This document shows positions 1 through 13,424 of a DNA stretch of 64,000 nt, piece after piece (positions within the stretch are counted from its first letter, which is position 1; each line of letters opens with the position of its first letter). This stretch comes from Psammoneis japonica (Eukaryota). A program made the translations under genes and the position numbers. The notes beneath the pieces are model-generated. The model was not told where the DNA came from. It did no database searches and was given only the letters and a program-made list of their open reading frames with translations. The stretch spans positions 186,001 to 250,000 of the forward strand of contig QPGO01000068.1 in NCBI GenBank assembly GCA_008632985.1, in the 5' to 3' direction.

Positions 1-1554
1 ATTACAGGAGTATATCGAAGTTGGATACTGGTTGTTCTGGGCTATGCGTCTTACAAGAAATGCCATGCATTGAAAAGACCGAGTCTATAGTTGTTACGCA
101 TGTATTTACGGCCCTTGTACATGGAACACCACCACAGACTGGGACCGAGTCGCCCATCATTCTACAACTGCAGAAAACTAGAAAATGGAGAAATCGTGGA
201 CAAGCTGTTGATTCGGAAAAGTCGAACAGCACTGACAATGATAAAGGCAATTCTCATTGCCCTGCGACAAACGAGCCAGAGACGATCTGCATCGAATGCA
301 CTGAGCAAACCAACTGCAACGGCGCTGCGGAGCTATCTAGTCTGAGGATTACAACCAGCTCAAACTCCTCCGGTCTTTGCAACGCCATCTGCTATCAACT
401 AAGAAAGCTCGGGCACCCAGTAGTGAATGACCGACTATGTCAAAAAGAGTTCATGGCGTTGCCTCGACCTATTCGGAATACAATAAAGAAAAAGCTTTGC
501 ATCGGATGCTTCCATGTTGAGATTTCAATCGGTAGCAAAGCGGTGGTCCCTATTTCAATTAATTGTCCAGACCGGTTGAGTGCCTTATTTTGGGAAAAGC
601 AGCTTTTGGTTAAGCGATAGGCCTGTTCCTTTCCCATTGTACATTATTGAAAATGTATGAATGCACCTTTTACGTTTCAATTTTCATGATTTTGTCTCTT
701 GTCGTCCTCTGCCCCCTGTGCCCCGCTGTTGTTTTGTTTCTGTTTGTTTTTTCTTTAGCATTTCAATCTGACTCTTCAAGTCTGCATTTTCCTTAAAAGA
801 GCATCACATTGACAGTTGATTCTGTGCCGAGGTTGCGTGTACATAATCAATGGCGTCAGCAGGCCTTTCCGGTTCTTCAAACAATCCAACCATAACTTCG
901 TCAAGGCATCCATCAGACCTGACTCTTGAGGTATTTTCTAAATTCATGCTTCTTTACTTCAGTCTAAGAAAGAGCGTGCAAATACATGAGGTACTACGCC
1001 GTTCATTGGGAGAGGGGGGGAGTCGGCTTTTTCAATGCGGCAAGATCATTTTCAGTTTCAACTTGAGACTCCGCCATTGTAAGTCCTACCTGATTTCGAT
1101 TATTCGAGGACATTATTGATTACCAGTCCTACAAAGAACTTGAATCGGAACTGAAAGACTTTATCGAAAGCGGGTCTGGGCGGCAATAACATTAGCATAA
1201 CGACTGCTACTCTGTTAGGAAGAACTAACAGCCAGTGTATGGTCAGTGGTGATGGTGCATGGTTTTTGCGACAGGGTTAGGGTTGTGTGCTTTTGTCAGG
1301 AACTGGCAATTCTATCACAAACAATTATGAATATAAGTCATTGCGCTTGGATGGAGTTTCGCTGGTACTATTTCTACGTATTGCTACGGAAAAAAGAAAA
1401 ATCGACAACGCAACGCAACGCAACGGGGGCACGGAGCGTTGACGGGAGTTGGGACGGGATCTTGAGATCGAGAAAGAAACAAAACGCAACATCGCAACAC
1501 GACTTGAGTTATTCAGAAGTCGTCTCCACAAGAAGTCAAAAGAGCAAGAAAACA

Positions 1555-3452
1555 GATGGCTATCGGCTGAAAAGCGTTCGGTATCAGGTAAGTTCAAGGT
1601 GGTGTGTTGCTTGCGATTTTATAGTGCCGTTTGATCATTTCTTGTAACACCCTGCTTTTTTTTCTTGCGTTGATTTTCGTAGGCGTCGGATCGTAACATT
1701 CTGTTGCAAAATGAAAACGGACCTTGCCCTTTGTTAGCTGCAGCCAATGCCCTGTTGCTGCGGGGAGCCATTTCTCTTCCACCGGAATGCATTCGAACAC
1801 GCGTTGCTAGCATTGAGGACGTGGTAAATGTTTGGCAGAGCGTTGTCTTGGAGTTGAGGACAGCGAGCACAGCCAACACCACTTGAATGAGTTGCTTTCT
1901 ATATTTCCAAAATTGCAATATGGAATGGACGTCAATCCGAAATTTACCGGCAGGACCTACTGGAGTCGAATACACATCCAATCTTACTGCGTTTGATTTA
2001 CTGAGTGTGGATTTGGTTCACGGGTGGCTGTTAGATCCGCAAGATTCAGAAACCCACAAAGTCATTGGGACTCAGACTTATAACCAATTGATTGAGCATG
2101 TGATTCGAGGACAGGAGGCATCGTCATCATTAGAGAGACTTCGAGAGGAATTGAAACAAAAGGAACTTCAACTGGAGAAACAATCAGGGCAAGAAAACGA
2201 AGAAAAAGAGCAAGCCGGTGATTCTGAACAAGAGACAAAATCTGGTGCAGAAAAGAGTCCAGAGTCATCGTGGATACAAGTGCAGCCTGAAGAAGGTGAA
2301 AAGGTACCAGAGACTGATGTGCCTCCCTTGGAAGATGAAATCACTCCGGATAAAGCTGAAGGCGAAAAGGGCGATGCCGAAGGCGGTGCTGCAGACGCTC
2401 CCGAAACTGATAAGGATGCAAGTGAAGAAGACGCCAAAATGGAAGAGGTAGAGAGCGACGCGAATGTGACTGCGGATGGCTCTGGTGACACTTCCATGAA
2501 GGAGGACTCAGATGCGACTGAAGCTTTGCAGGTTGCCAAACCGGTGCAGGACGAGACAAAGTCCGAACCAGAGGACATGTTAAAAGACCCAAAAGAACTG
2601 GAATTGGAGATGTCGGAGCTTCGAAAGAAGATGGACGACCTTTCTATTGTTGTGAAGGAGGGAAATCTCATTAACTCGTTTCTCTCTTCCTCCTCTCATC
2701 AACTCACTCACTATGGATTGCACGAGCTGTATGACTACGTGTCGGAAGCGAGTCTCTCTGTCTTCTTTCGGAACAACCACTTTGCTACGCTTACAAAGCA
2801 CGATGGAGTCTTGTATTTACTCGTGACGGATCTTGGATACGCCAACGTCCCTGAAGTCTTGTGGGAAAAACTGGATGGTATCGATGGCGACACAGAATAC
2901 GTGAATTCGGATTTTGTCAAGCCCGCCGCGCAAGCAGAGTTGACGACTGGCTCTGGTCCAAACATCAATCCAGAACAAATGCTGGCGCAACGTGGACAAT
3001 CCGAAGCGGATTATCAACTAGCATTAGAGCTAAGCAAGCACCAAGGAGAGGGATTGCCTCACCTGCAACTGGACGACCAGGAGGGCAAGCTCGTAGCCGC
3101 GGCTACGGAAGCAAGTCTTCGAGAATTCAATGGTGTATCCTCCGAGACTGGAGAGACCAAAGATGACGACAAAGTGACTGCTTCTCCCACGCTTGTAGAT
3201 ATCCCTCATGTGGGAGTGCCACTTGTTCAGAATTCCAATTCTGCCTTGGAGGATCAGGACCGTGTTATCGCAATGCAACTTCAGGCTCAAATGGAGCGCG
3301 AGGAGGATCCCAGTGAACGCCTTGCCCTTCAACTCCAAGCGCAGGAGAACCGACGTGCCGTCAGCAACAACAACTCCAGGAGAAAACCAAACAATAACAA
3401 CAACGCTGCGTCCAAAGCGAGTGATGACAAGTCCAGCTGCGTGATTTCGTGA
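1555..3452 (+). CDS. MINDY-family (FAM63) K48 deubiquitinase with C-terminal MIU-like motifs and CaaX; true start uncertain
   Basis: Catalytic QNENGPCPLLA (1707-), HGWL, FFRNNHF and LLVTDLGY motifs; MIU-like DYQLALEL and RLALQLQAQE; ends CVIS*. Intron 1588-1682 (GTAAGT..TAG). Two opposite 1-nt indels (~1830, ~1948) hide the conserved LAER...LQYGMDVNPKFT segment. Confidence 0.9.
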
Positions 3453-3536
3453 GATTGCGGCTTGGCACACTCGTATGGAGCAAGTCTGTCAATAATTAGA
3501 AAACCATTTAAAAGGTACTCTCTAGTCTAGGACAAG

Positions 3537-5037
3537 TTATGATGTACTGTCGGTGCCGCCAGTGTTTTCGGCTAGGCTGTCTAGCAACTCAGAAGCCGCA
3601 ACGCGAGGGGTAATCATTCCTCCGTTAAGCGCCTTCTCCATCTCGTTTGCCTTTTGCTGAAGGATAGGGTCGTCGTGAGTCCTGCTCAGAATAAGGTCTT
3701 TCACGGTCTGCCACATCCAATAATGGTTTTGCTCTTGCCGCAAGCGTTGCATTTCTCCGGTTGCGATGAACTCGCGTCGATAATTGCAGATCTCTTCCCA
3801 CACTTGATCCATGCCATCTCCAGTGTAGGAGCTTACCAACAGTACCTTCGGGGACTTTGCCATTAATGTTGATTTGGGACGCACAAACTTTCCAGCAGCT
3901 CCGTAGTCTGCCGCAGTTGATCGTGCGGTGGGCAGCAAGTCACCATCCGCCTTGTGGACAACAAACAAAATTCATACCGGTCAATACACAAGGATGAAAG
4001 GCCACCAAGTACTGTACACTTGGTCCATCAAAGTCACGTACCTTGTGAACAATGATCATATCTGCAACCTCGACAATGCCCTTTTTCACCCCCTGTAGTT
4101 CATCGCCGCCACCCGGAGGCACCATGAGTATCAACAAGTCAACGCATTGAGCAATCTCAATCTCGCTCTGACCCAACCCAACCGACTCGACAATGGTCAA
4201 TCCATAACCAGCCATCTGGCACAACGATACAACGTTGAACGTGTCAAACGATAAGCCACCCAACATGCCGCCATTGGCACACGGCCGAACAAATGACTTT
4301 ATCAGAAGATTGAAAAATGCATAACGCCAGTGTTAGGAAGGAAACAAACAAGCCTTATTATGCGAAGTCACAAGATGAGAATGGCTGCAACTTGAAACTC
4401 ACCCGTTCATGTCTTGAAAGTTCAATCATTCGGGTTTTATCGCCCAGTATGGAACCACCACTTACACATGACGATGGATCAATGCAAACTACAGCAAGTT
4501 TGTTGGGTTCAAAGACATCTGTGCCCCAGTTTGATTCTGCTCGTTGTCATGAACGTCTTTGAATTTGTCCAGCACAAACAGGCCAAACCTTTCAATAAAT
4601 GATGATTTACCAACACCCGGCGCACCTGCTATTCCGACTCGAAAGGAAGCTTGCAGACGAGACAGACCATCTTTGGTTTGTTGCTTCGCCGTCGCTTGCA
4701 ACAAATAGGTCAATAGCAAATCCCCCTGACGCCGTTGTGCTGGAGCAGTGCTTTCCACCAGAGTAATGGCTCTTGCCAGAGCTAGTCGTCGTTGATTCCT
4801 CAAGTCAGTTTCGTCGTCATGGCTAGAAGACGACGACGACGACAAGATGCCTGCGAGCTCTTGTGTTCTGGCTGTCATTTGCGCCTTGAGCGCCGACAGC
4901 GAGTCATTACCACGGCCAAGCAAGGCGGAACTTTGCTTGGAAGCGGAACGAGAATAAAACCGAGCTGAGGGCAACGCAAGTCTGCATTTCGCGACAAGCG
5001 TATTCGGAGTATATCTAAGAACTTTATAAGCGTTCAT
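3537..5037 (-). CDS. MMAA: MMAA/MeaB methylmalonyl-CoA mutase-associated GTPase, mitochondrial
   Basis: LARAITLVES, P-loop GAPGVGKSS, IDPSS..GGSILGDKTRM, ESVGLGQSE, PPGGGDELQGVKKGIVE, VHK|AD. Introns ~4402-4298 and ~4041-3952. One 1-nt frameshift near the C run at ~4525. Confidence 0.92.
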
Positions 5038-5540
5038 AAGGGCCTGTGATAGAACGAGCAACTGGTTAGTGGTCAGGTTGTGTCGCTAATTCTCAATCTT
5101 GCGCTCGCATCTACCGGTACCGGTACCGTATCTCGCATCTCGCATCGGCACTTTTTCGAACCCGGCGTCTGTGCGACGTAAGCGACCACCGACAGACACG
5201 GCGCTGTTGGCATGTGATTGATCGCACCTCCTGGGGGCATTGACTATTCAGAATGATTGCACAACTAGCCCAGTCACCTTCTTGAAGTATGGTCACGCGA
5301 CAGCGAAAGCTAGGGCCCTAGAGGCCTAGGTACAGTAAGACAATCTCGCTCTCCCGAGAGGCACTGGGAGTTGTGCCAACTTTTCAAGCTATGGATCTAA
5401 TAGTTACATCACTGAGCTTGGTTTGAAGCATCTATTCGGATAGTTAAACACACAGTCGTATCGTTATTGTGTTTCAGTCAGCACAACGTATTGAAAAGAA
5501 TCAACCATGCCATCGCAGACACAACAACGCACTGTTGTTT

Positions 5541-6277
5541 CTAATGTCCATCTCCGCCTCCATGTTTTTCATAGTATTCGGCCAGTGCCTTCTTTTCTAT
5601 TTCCCGACGAGCCTGAACCTTGGCGCCTGTTAGAAACAAAAACGTCAATGCAAATGAGAACAATATTGAAGGGTCCTTCCACTCTGTGATCACAACGCGT
5701 TTCGCTAATCATTGAACTTACCCTTTGAAGAAATGTAGGTAGCCGAGTACATTACCACCGACGTGGCAATCATAATATGCCAAAGCGGGGTTACACTATA
5801 TCCAACATAAAGAATAATAATGTGAGGGATAACGATAAAAGATTCGGAAATCATGTTTTGTAGAGCAGAGACAGCAAACAATTTCGTTCGTTGTGAAAAA
5901 CAAAAAGCAGACCAAGTAGCTCTTGCTTCGTCGTTCCGCCATCGGCACAAACAACACTGAGTGAATCTCTTGAAAACTACCGATCCGACATGCAGTCGAG
6001 TCGGACCCATCTCAAATAAAGCAACGCCAAGATCATCATCAAATACCCAAGAGAACAACAAACATGCCGATTCCCAGCCATAATAACCCGGATATACATC
6101 AGTACCAGAGTAAACGTAGGATTCTACGGAGCATCAACAGCCAATGGCCTCAAAAATGCCTCCTCACCTTCCAGCCCGAAACATTGGCCTGTAATAGTTT
6201 GTGGCCGATGTCAAGAACCCATTCCACTGCGTCTTGTAGAATTGGGGTGTGACCAACTTTTCAACGAGATTCGCCAT
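5541..6277 (-). CDS. Small membrane protein resembling plant/algal-type mitochondrial ATP synthase subunit f (3 exons: 6277-6168, 5795-5722, 5626-5541)
   Basis: Canonical GT-AG sites splice in phase to MANLVEKLVTPQFYKTQWNGFLTSATNYYRPMFRAGSVTPLWHIMIATSVVMYSATYISSKGAKVQARREIEKKALAEYYEKHGGGDGH. NY..SV.PL.H + one TM + His/Gly tail recalls plant subunit f (from memory, not searched). Confidence 0.7.
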
Positions 6278-6572
6278 AGTGTTGTTGTTTTTGCTGCGAA
6301 GCAAGTGTGGCCGCCGACGCTGCAAATCTTGCGCCAGTACAATTTCATGTCAAATGATCGTATGTAGAGATTATATAGATTATTACGTAGAAATGCGAAC
6401 CGCATTTAACCGATAGCGAGCAGACTGATTCATTCGACTCACTCACGCACTTTTTCGTTGCGTCGGTGGTGCCGGTGCGTCGGCAATCGATCGGCGCAAT
6501 GACGCGAAAAACGTTGCGCCTCATTGCATACTGTACATCACACCCCGCTTACCGTTGCCCCTGTAACGCGCA

Positions 6573-7886
6573 ATGACAATTGTATCAACGCTCATGTCGG
6601 TTCCAAGGAGCCTCAGAACTCCCCGACGAACTTTACTCTCCAATGGAAATCTTGAATTGCTCGTGTCCTTTCTGGGAATTGTAGCCTTTTCGTCGATTGC
6701 AATTTGGGCGTCTATTTTCGGATGGATGCCCAAACCAAATTCTCCTCATGCAATGTTGCAAAAGGAAAATCTACCGACGGCTACAGTACCGAAAACAATC
6801 AAGCAACAAGCTGAATTGAAAGACCCAAAGTTATTTGAGGGGAAGCAAAAATTTGTAGACATTTTAAAAGAGATGGATGTGGATCCAATGTCGGTTGATG
6901 AAGATACGTGGAAGCAAGTTCCGACGTGGGATCTGGTGGAAGAGCTCTATGGAACTGGCCCTGTGGTTTATGGCTTGGATCGCTGTGAAGAATACCGCAA
7001 CAGCACGCCTCCCATTGATCGACGAGTTGGTGCCGCAGGCATTTTTAATTCTGGAACAAATGCTATTGCGATTCTCTTGCAACATAATTGCCAGATTCCA
7101 GAACGAGTTGCAATCAAGGGACCGAGAAGAGGACACGGCATGGAGTGGCAGGTGATTTTATTTTTTGAACTCCGAAACGTGTTGCTTTTGACTTTCAGCT
7201 GATTGTTCTTTTTTCATACATAATATACACAGGTACCGTGGGGAAAACATACCCCTGGGCAATTTCGAAAGGAACACACCATAAAACCTGGCAAACCGGG
7301 AAGTGATGTGCCAAAAGAAAATGTTCTACCGGTGGTTTCTATTCGAGACCCCTTTGTATGGATGAGATCCATGTGTCGCCTGCCTTATACTGCTAACTGG
7401 CCGCACGGTCACCGGTGCCCTAATTTAGTAAACAACCGAGGCAAGCCAAATGAACTCAATCTCAAGCGTGTCGCTGGAGGCAAGGAAGTGAAATATGAAT
7501 CTCTGATACACTTGTGGAATGACTGGTACAGACAATACTACTCTATAGCGGAATACCCCCGTCTCCTGGTGCGATTCGAGGATTTGATCTTTTACCCAAA
7601 AGAAACCACCGAACTCGTTTGTTCTTGTGCTGGAGGCATTTTGGTGGCCAACGACTTTGGAAAAGTGACTCCAGGCAAGTTTCAATACCTCATGCAGAGC
7701 GCCAAGAAAGGTCCGGCACATGGAAAAGTTGAGGAGCGAACCGATCTCATGATGGCGTGGATTAAATACGGGAAACGAAAAGATTACAGCGATTATGCCA
7801 AGGACGACATGGAATATGCTCAGAAGAATCTAGACAAGGAAATGATGACAACCTTTCGATACACTGGTCCGCCCAAGCAAGACTGA
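6573..7886 (+). CDS. Sulfotransferase-like type II membrane protein, paralog A (intron 7152-7232)
   Basis: N-terminal TM; GIFNSGTN (5'-PSB-like), WQ|VPWGKH, VSIRDPFVWMRSMCR (3'-PB-like), VRFEDL motifs. Confidence 0.8.
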
Positions 7887-8399
7887 GGACTTGTTGTACG
7901 GGATAAGAGTTTCGAGTTACGCATAGCAATGGACGCTCTGTGTACTGCATCGGGACACTCTCTGAATCCGTTCGTATGGTGTCTCCATGAAAACTCCCCA
8001 AGCCAGAGCAGCCCATGCCAATAGTACTGGCGATTGCAACTGGTCGACAAAGGTGAAGCCTACTGACTTAATCGTAAAGCCGCAGTTGGTTGGTTGCCTT
8101 GCAGCTCGAGTCAAATAACGATTATTCGGTATTGAAAGCTATGCGACACTTTGACTTTTACTAGACGTCGCTGGCTCTCTGTTCCCGCCATGGCTGTAAG
8201 GAACACCTGATGATCGTCGTTGATGCAATACGGACCGGTCTTGAAAACCGATTATTGTTGTGTGCGTTGCCAATTTCTGTCATACTTCGGTGACAGTTGC
8301 CGAGCCACCCTTCACCCCTGGCTGCAGCCTGCAGGATATTCCATCCTATTCATGTGAATACTGTCGAATCTTATTGCGCACCGTCAAGTGACGAGGGTC

Positions 8400-9092
8400 A
8401 GTCCGTTTGCCTGTCGTTCACGTCTCTAGCGAGCTCGGCAAATTGGGCCACCGTTTTGACTCGTCCTTGCACTTCCTTCCATCTTTCTTCATCTTTCTCA
8501 CAGATCAACTTTTTGAGAAGGCGCACATCATCTTCGCTGTCCACGAGAAACCAATTTACATTTTCTATGGCAACTGTTTGTCAGTCTTGGTATTTTTCGC
8601 AAGGACCAAGCCCGTCCATCCATAGCTTCCTGCAAGACGCAATCGACAAGTCCAAAACGAACCTTTCTGTCCTCTCTCTGTCTTTAGTTTTGGTGTCGAA
8701 TCAGAAGAAACCTGCCCAAGCACACCGCTATGTATAACATTTGCCAGCGTGCGAACAGCGTGTCCCTCTCGTGAGGACGGGGCTCGAACAGCAAGCGGAT
8801 TTCCTGTCCCATGATGCTGGTAGTCTCCAAAGGCCTTCTTGATAGCCTCAATATCATCATCACTGTAGGCTATTGTCTTTGAGGATCCCTCAAGCTTCCG
8901 ACGTCGGGAGACGCTTGTGCTTTGTTTTCCGCCAAACACACCCCAACATCGCTTCCTTCGGGAGACTCGAGATGCAATGCTATCCTCTCTTTCCATTCTA
9001 TTCCCGGAACTATCAATTGGTGAAAAACTCGATTGTGCTAATGCAGACAATACAACTAGTAGAAAAACCACAGTGACCGCTCTCCTCATCAT
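8400..9092 (-). CDS. Hypothetical secreted protein; 3' part and frame uncertain
   Basis: ORF begins with a clear signal peptide (MMRRAVTVVFLLVVLSALA). A protein-like continuation lies in another frame to ~8400. No family recognised. Confidence 0.3.
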
Positions 9093-9153
9093 CTAAAGAA
9101 CACTCAACGCACCCGCCGCCATTGCGTCGGTCCGGAGTCCGGAGTCGTCGGAA

Positions 9154-11697
9154 TAGGGTGTCCTACCGGTAGCACGCGCGCTGGTTGGTTGGTTGGCTCG
9201 TGGAGGGAATCCTGAGGGAATCCTGAGGGAATTCTCCTCCCGCGTAACTCGGACTTTTCAGTCTTACGGACCAGCCGTAGCCGCTGCATGAAAACATGCC
9301 AAAAAAACCAACCGCAGGGGCTACAGTAAAAATCAGTGCTCCCATTCAGTCCCGGATTTCTCGTTTTTGTCGCTCCAGAAAATGACAAAAAAAGAGCTTC
9401 GAGGTTTTGCCCACTGCCAGCTGCTGTGAGACCCAGGCCTTGAGGTGGTGCGGGTGCAAAAGTGTGTGTTTTCTACAACGCAGAATCTGGCCCACTTTTG
9501 CACCCGTGCCACCCCAAGCAACTTCAAACTGGCACGGCAGGCGCGCTCCGGATTGGCGCACAGACCATCGCCGTGGTGACAACACGGAGAACTTGTCAAA
9601 AAACCGCCGGAGCCGACGATGACATTGATGCGGTGGGTGAGGTGTCCAAACAATCATCGTTTCCAGCCCCATCACTGCAGCAGGTTTGTTGCACTGTCTT
9701 TCGTTTGGGGTTGTAAAGGGGCCATCAGATGACGGCAGTGAGTCGAGCTTCATGCAAACATGCCGTTGCACCCGTTCGTGATGCCATGTTCCATGCAGAT
9801 GATGCATCAACTCACCATTTGCCGGACATTCGGCACCCACTGAGTTAAAGTCCAAGTTTGTAAAAAGGCAAGTAAATTGAAAATCAAAATGGTGCCATCA
9901 ATGTGTCCAAGGCTCGCCAATTGTTGTCTCACTCAACTTTCTTGCCGCTGCAGCCAACTCTTGTTGTCTTTCCTGGCATGAACACATCGACGAATCCAAC
10001 ATCTTCGTCACATCCTCAAACCCATTTCATCAATGGCATTGACCAGACGAGCATTTTTGAAGACTTTGACAAAGCAGCTGCAGTGCGTTCAGCCAAGTGT
10101 TCTTGGGTGGGAGAGAGTCGGGCGGATGAGAGTGAAAATGAAGAATGAAGTTGGCGTGCATTCTAGAAAAAAGCAGCCAAACATGGTTGACAAAACACTC
10201 TGATGCTGTCACTCTATAGAATGACAAACAACAGTGAATGGAGCTCCTCCATGGCTTGTGCACACTCTAGATTGATCGCAAAGACACAAGTGCCAAATCT
10301 GAAAATGGGAAAGTGTGGCATGTGAGTGAGCATTCGTGGATTGCTTCACCCATTTGCAGCATGAAAGAGGTCAGATGCAGTTGCCACGAGGTCAAAGACA
10401 AATTAGAAAGCAGAACATTGCCACAAAATTGGTTTGTGATGATGTTGTCATCTCAATCTCGGTGTTGAGAACGGGTCAATTTCGCTTGATCGTGCAGTGA
10501 GTCACGTGTCTTGAATCCCGCATGACCCACTCGACTCGAAGTTTTTGGAAGTTTTGGCTAGACTTTGACCCCAGCTAGAGCCACAAAATGCACAAGATGT
10601 GAGCATTGTTGGTCTCATGCTCTTTAAACGGATGTCTTGCGAGAATGTGACAGGCACGCATTGTTCATGGCATCTGGCATTTCAAAACAGAGCCAACTTT
10701 TCGTGGAGCACCTTTTTCACACGGGCAAGTGTGAGGGACAATTTTCAGTGATTGGTCAGCAACTGACGTTCACCCCCATTCTGGGCCCCCAAAACGGTCA
10801 TGAAACTTGTGTCTGTGCATTGTCAGTCGATCGAGGTGGGCATTTGGTTAAAAATGGGGGGCCAATTTTTACACGTGGTGTCATGGAGCTGGGGCGGAAA
10901 GCTGCAACATTTGTTGTGTGCACTCAACCTGCTTCGACCCACTTGGTGAATGAAAACATCCAAAGTTTGCATTTGCGCTGGAGAAAGCGAGCCATTTCAG
11001 ATTTGTCGCAGTGCCACCAACAAGCTGCCGGTGCACAACGATCTGCCACCAAACTCGCAAAGCAATGACAGCTGCAATTCGGGCAATCAATTCCTCTGTC
11101 GTCGCAAAGTTGAAATGAAAGACGTCTCAACAGCATGTGGAACGGCGAGGACATCACGTTGAGACAGGGCATCATGCTGATGCCTCCAGTTCGTACGCCG
11201 ACATTCATTGCGATGAATGATGTGGTCATCAGCATCCATCTTCTCGGTGTCGACGCCGAGAATGCCTCAGCAGAGGATGCGGCAGCAAGGTGACAAAAAC
11301 AACCCCGTCAGCTGTGAGTGTCTGATGTGAAATTTTTTTTGTGACTGTCAAGGTGCTGGATTAAAATTTTATTCACAATGCACGTTGTACCTTGAATCAT
11401 GTACATGACGAGAAAAGGTTGTTATGACACTTCTTTAAATGATGTCCATGTTATGTGGTGTAACACATGCCGTGACCTTGACATGTTCTGTGTACAAGAT
11501 AAGACCGGATCGCATTCCACGGGACTTAACGGGACTGAGATGTTTTGACAAAACGGAAGCTCGAATCCACCGATGGAAAATCTTGCTTTGCACGGGCATC
11601 GATCAGATGGTCACACAGCTTCACAAACTCACGAACAGAAACGGAATCTTCGTCCGCGCCGCGCCGAACCAACCAGCGCGCGTGCTTGGACACCCTA
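9154..11697. mobile_element. Degenerate TIR DNA transposon (TAGGG...CCCTA ends; hAT-like termini or TA-flanked)
   Basis: Left TAGGGTGTCC(taccggt)AGCACGCGCGCTGGTTGGTT at 9154-9190 is inverted to right AACCAACCAGCGCGCGTGCT-TGGACACCCTA at 11667-11697. Interior is TpA/CpG-depleted; no 8-bp TSD visible; no recognisable transposase. Confidence 0.7.
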
Positions 11698-11761
11698 ATG
11701 CCGTCGCCTTGGCGGCTGCGCGTCGCACGTCGCCGTTTCGTGCGTTGAGTCCGTCAAATTT

Positions 11762-11945
11762 CTGTATATATGTACGTATTTATGTATACATGTATGTATG
11801 CATGTTTATGTTATTCAAAGCATTCATACACTAATTACTATGATATACTATTCATACTGTCTTTACATACGCCTACGTACAGTACTACTAATTATGGCGT
11901 ATGTAATAGTATGTATGAATATAATATATTACAAATATACGACTT
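11762..11945. repeat. Low-complexity TA-rich (TATG/TATA/TAC) tract
   Basis: e.g. tatgtatacatgtatgtatg, tactactaattat, ataatatattac. Confidence 0.7.
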
Positions 11946-12194
11946 TTATCTTGTGTAACGATATTCATGGATGAAGAAGGTATTTTAAATTTTATATTTC
12001 GAATTGAAAATTTCATTCAATCGATGACGAAAAATCATGACCACTACAAAATTTTTGGTGAAATCTTCGAAATCAGGGTTATGTTATTGGCTTTTTATCG
12101 GACGACGACTCCTCGCCCACGTTACTCACCATCGCCCCCATCGCAGAGACAGTTTTTGTTTCATTCTTCGGAGTGAGGGTCGCCGTGTATTCAA

Positions 12195-13424
12195 ATGAAA
12201 ACTTTCACTCGAACGATCCCACAAAGGGAAAAGAACGTGCCACGAAGATTTAAGAGGACGAATGGTCTTTTCTGTTCCGCTGCGATAGTGATCCTCCCTT
12301 CTCTAACACTAATTTATCAGGCAGCTCATTCTCGTTTTGCTGCAGACATAATAGAATTTCTAGAACCGGTTGCGGAGCCAGCTGACCCCAAAATAAGATT
12401 TCTTAGTATCTTGGAAGACATGGACGTGAATGTCTCGGCAATCGATGAAGATACTTTGAGACAACTTCCAACGTGGGATAGTGTCGAAGCGCTCTATGGC
12501 CCAAAGCCAATTGTTCACGGATTGGAGGTTTGTCAAGCATACCGCGACAAGGTTGCGGCGGTGGACCGACGTGTTGCTGTGTCGGGATTGTTCAATTCTG
12601 GGACCAACGCCCTCTACATTGTTTTGGAAAAGAACTGTCATATTCCCGAGCGCGTCAAGGAAGTAGGTCCGAGACAACACGGCATGGAGTGGCAGGTGAT
12701 TCTCTTATTTGAATTTCGTTACATGTTCGTCGTACTTGTCTTGGCTGATTCTTTTTTTTTTGTTGAACATAATCACGCTTAGGTGCCGTGGGGCAAACAC
12801 AGTCCTCTCCACTTTCGCTCAAACTTGACGGTACCGCGATACAAGAATCACTCGGATGCAAAGAAAGATCATGTGTTGCCGGTAGTTTCCATTAGGAACC
12901 CGTATGAATGGATGTTGTCCATGTGTCGTAACAGGTACGCGGCTTCTTGGTCACATAACCAGACGCACTGTCCTAATCTTATCGATGGTGAAGGGAACCC
13001 AAATCCGTTAAAGTTTAGAGTTGCGCCGGATACCTTCGTCCACTATGACTCACTGGCGCATTTATGGAATCAGTGGAATCGACAGTACTATGAGTTGTCG
13101 GAATACCCACGCCTCATGGTACGACAAGAAGACCTGATCTTTTATCCAAATGAAACAGTGGAAGCCATATGCACTTGTGCTGGGGGTGTAATGATGTCAC
13201 ACAACGATGGTAATTACACTGAAGGGCACTTTCAATATTTTTTGGGAGAGGCCAAAGACCACGGCAAGGAGGAAGAGCGGACAGATTTCATGAAGGCCTG
13301 GATAAAGTATGGTCAACCAACAAACTGGAGTAAGTTTGAAATTGGTGATACCAAATATGCTCAAGGGGTTCTCGACAAGGAAATTATGGCAACATTTGGC
13401 TATTCTGATCGTCCGCCGCGGTGA
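12195..13424 (+). CDS. Sulfotransferase-like protein, paralog B (intron 12696-12782)
   Basis: GLFNSGTN, WQ|VPWGKH, VSIRNPYEWMLSMCR, VRQEDL; intact spliced frame. Confidence 0.82.

Noticed and set aside
21..620. 199-aa ORF at the window start
   Set aside because: No recognisable motif or supported gene structure; left uncalled.
1825..1950. MINDY pseudogene or programmed double frameshift
   Set aside because: The conserved peptide is intact in the alternative frame, and similar 1-nt indels in short runs affect several unrelated conserved genes, so consensus sequencing error is more likely.
4515..4535. Frameshift in MMAA
   Set aside because: Single indel near a C run with an otherwise intact protein; probable assembly error.
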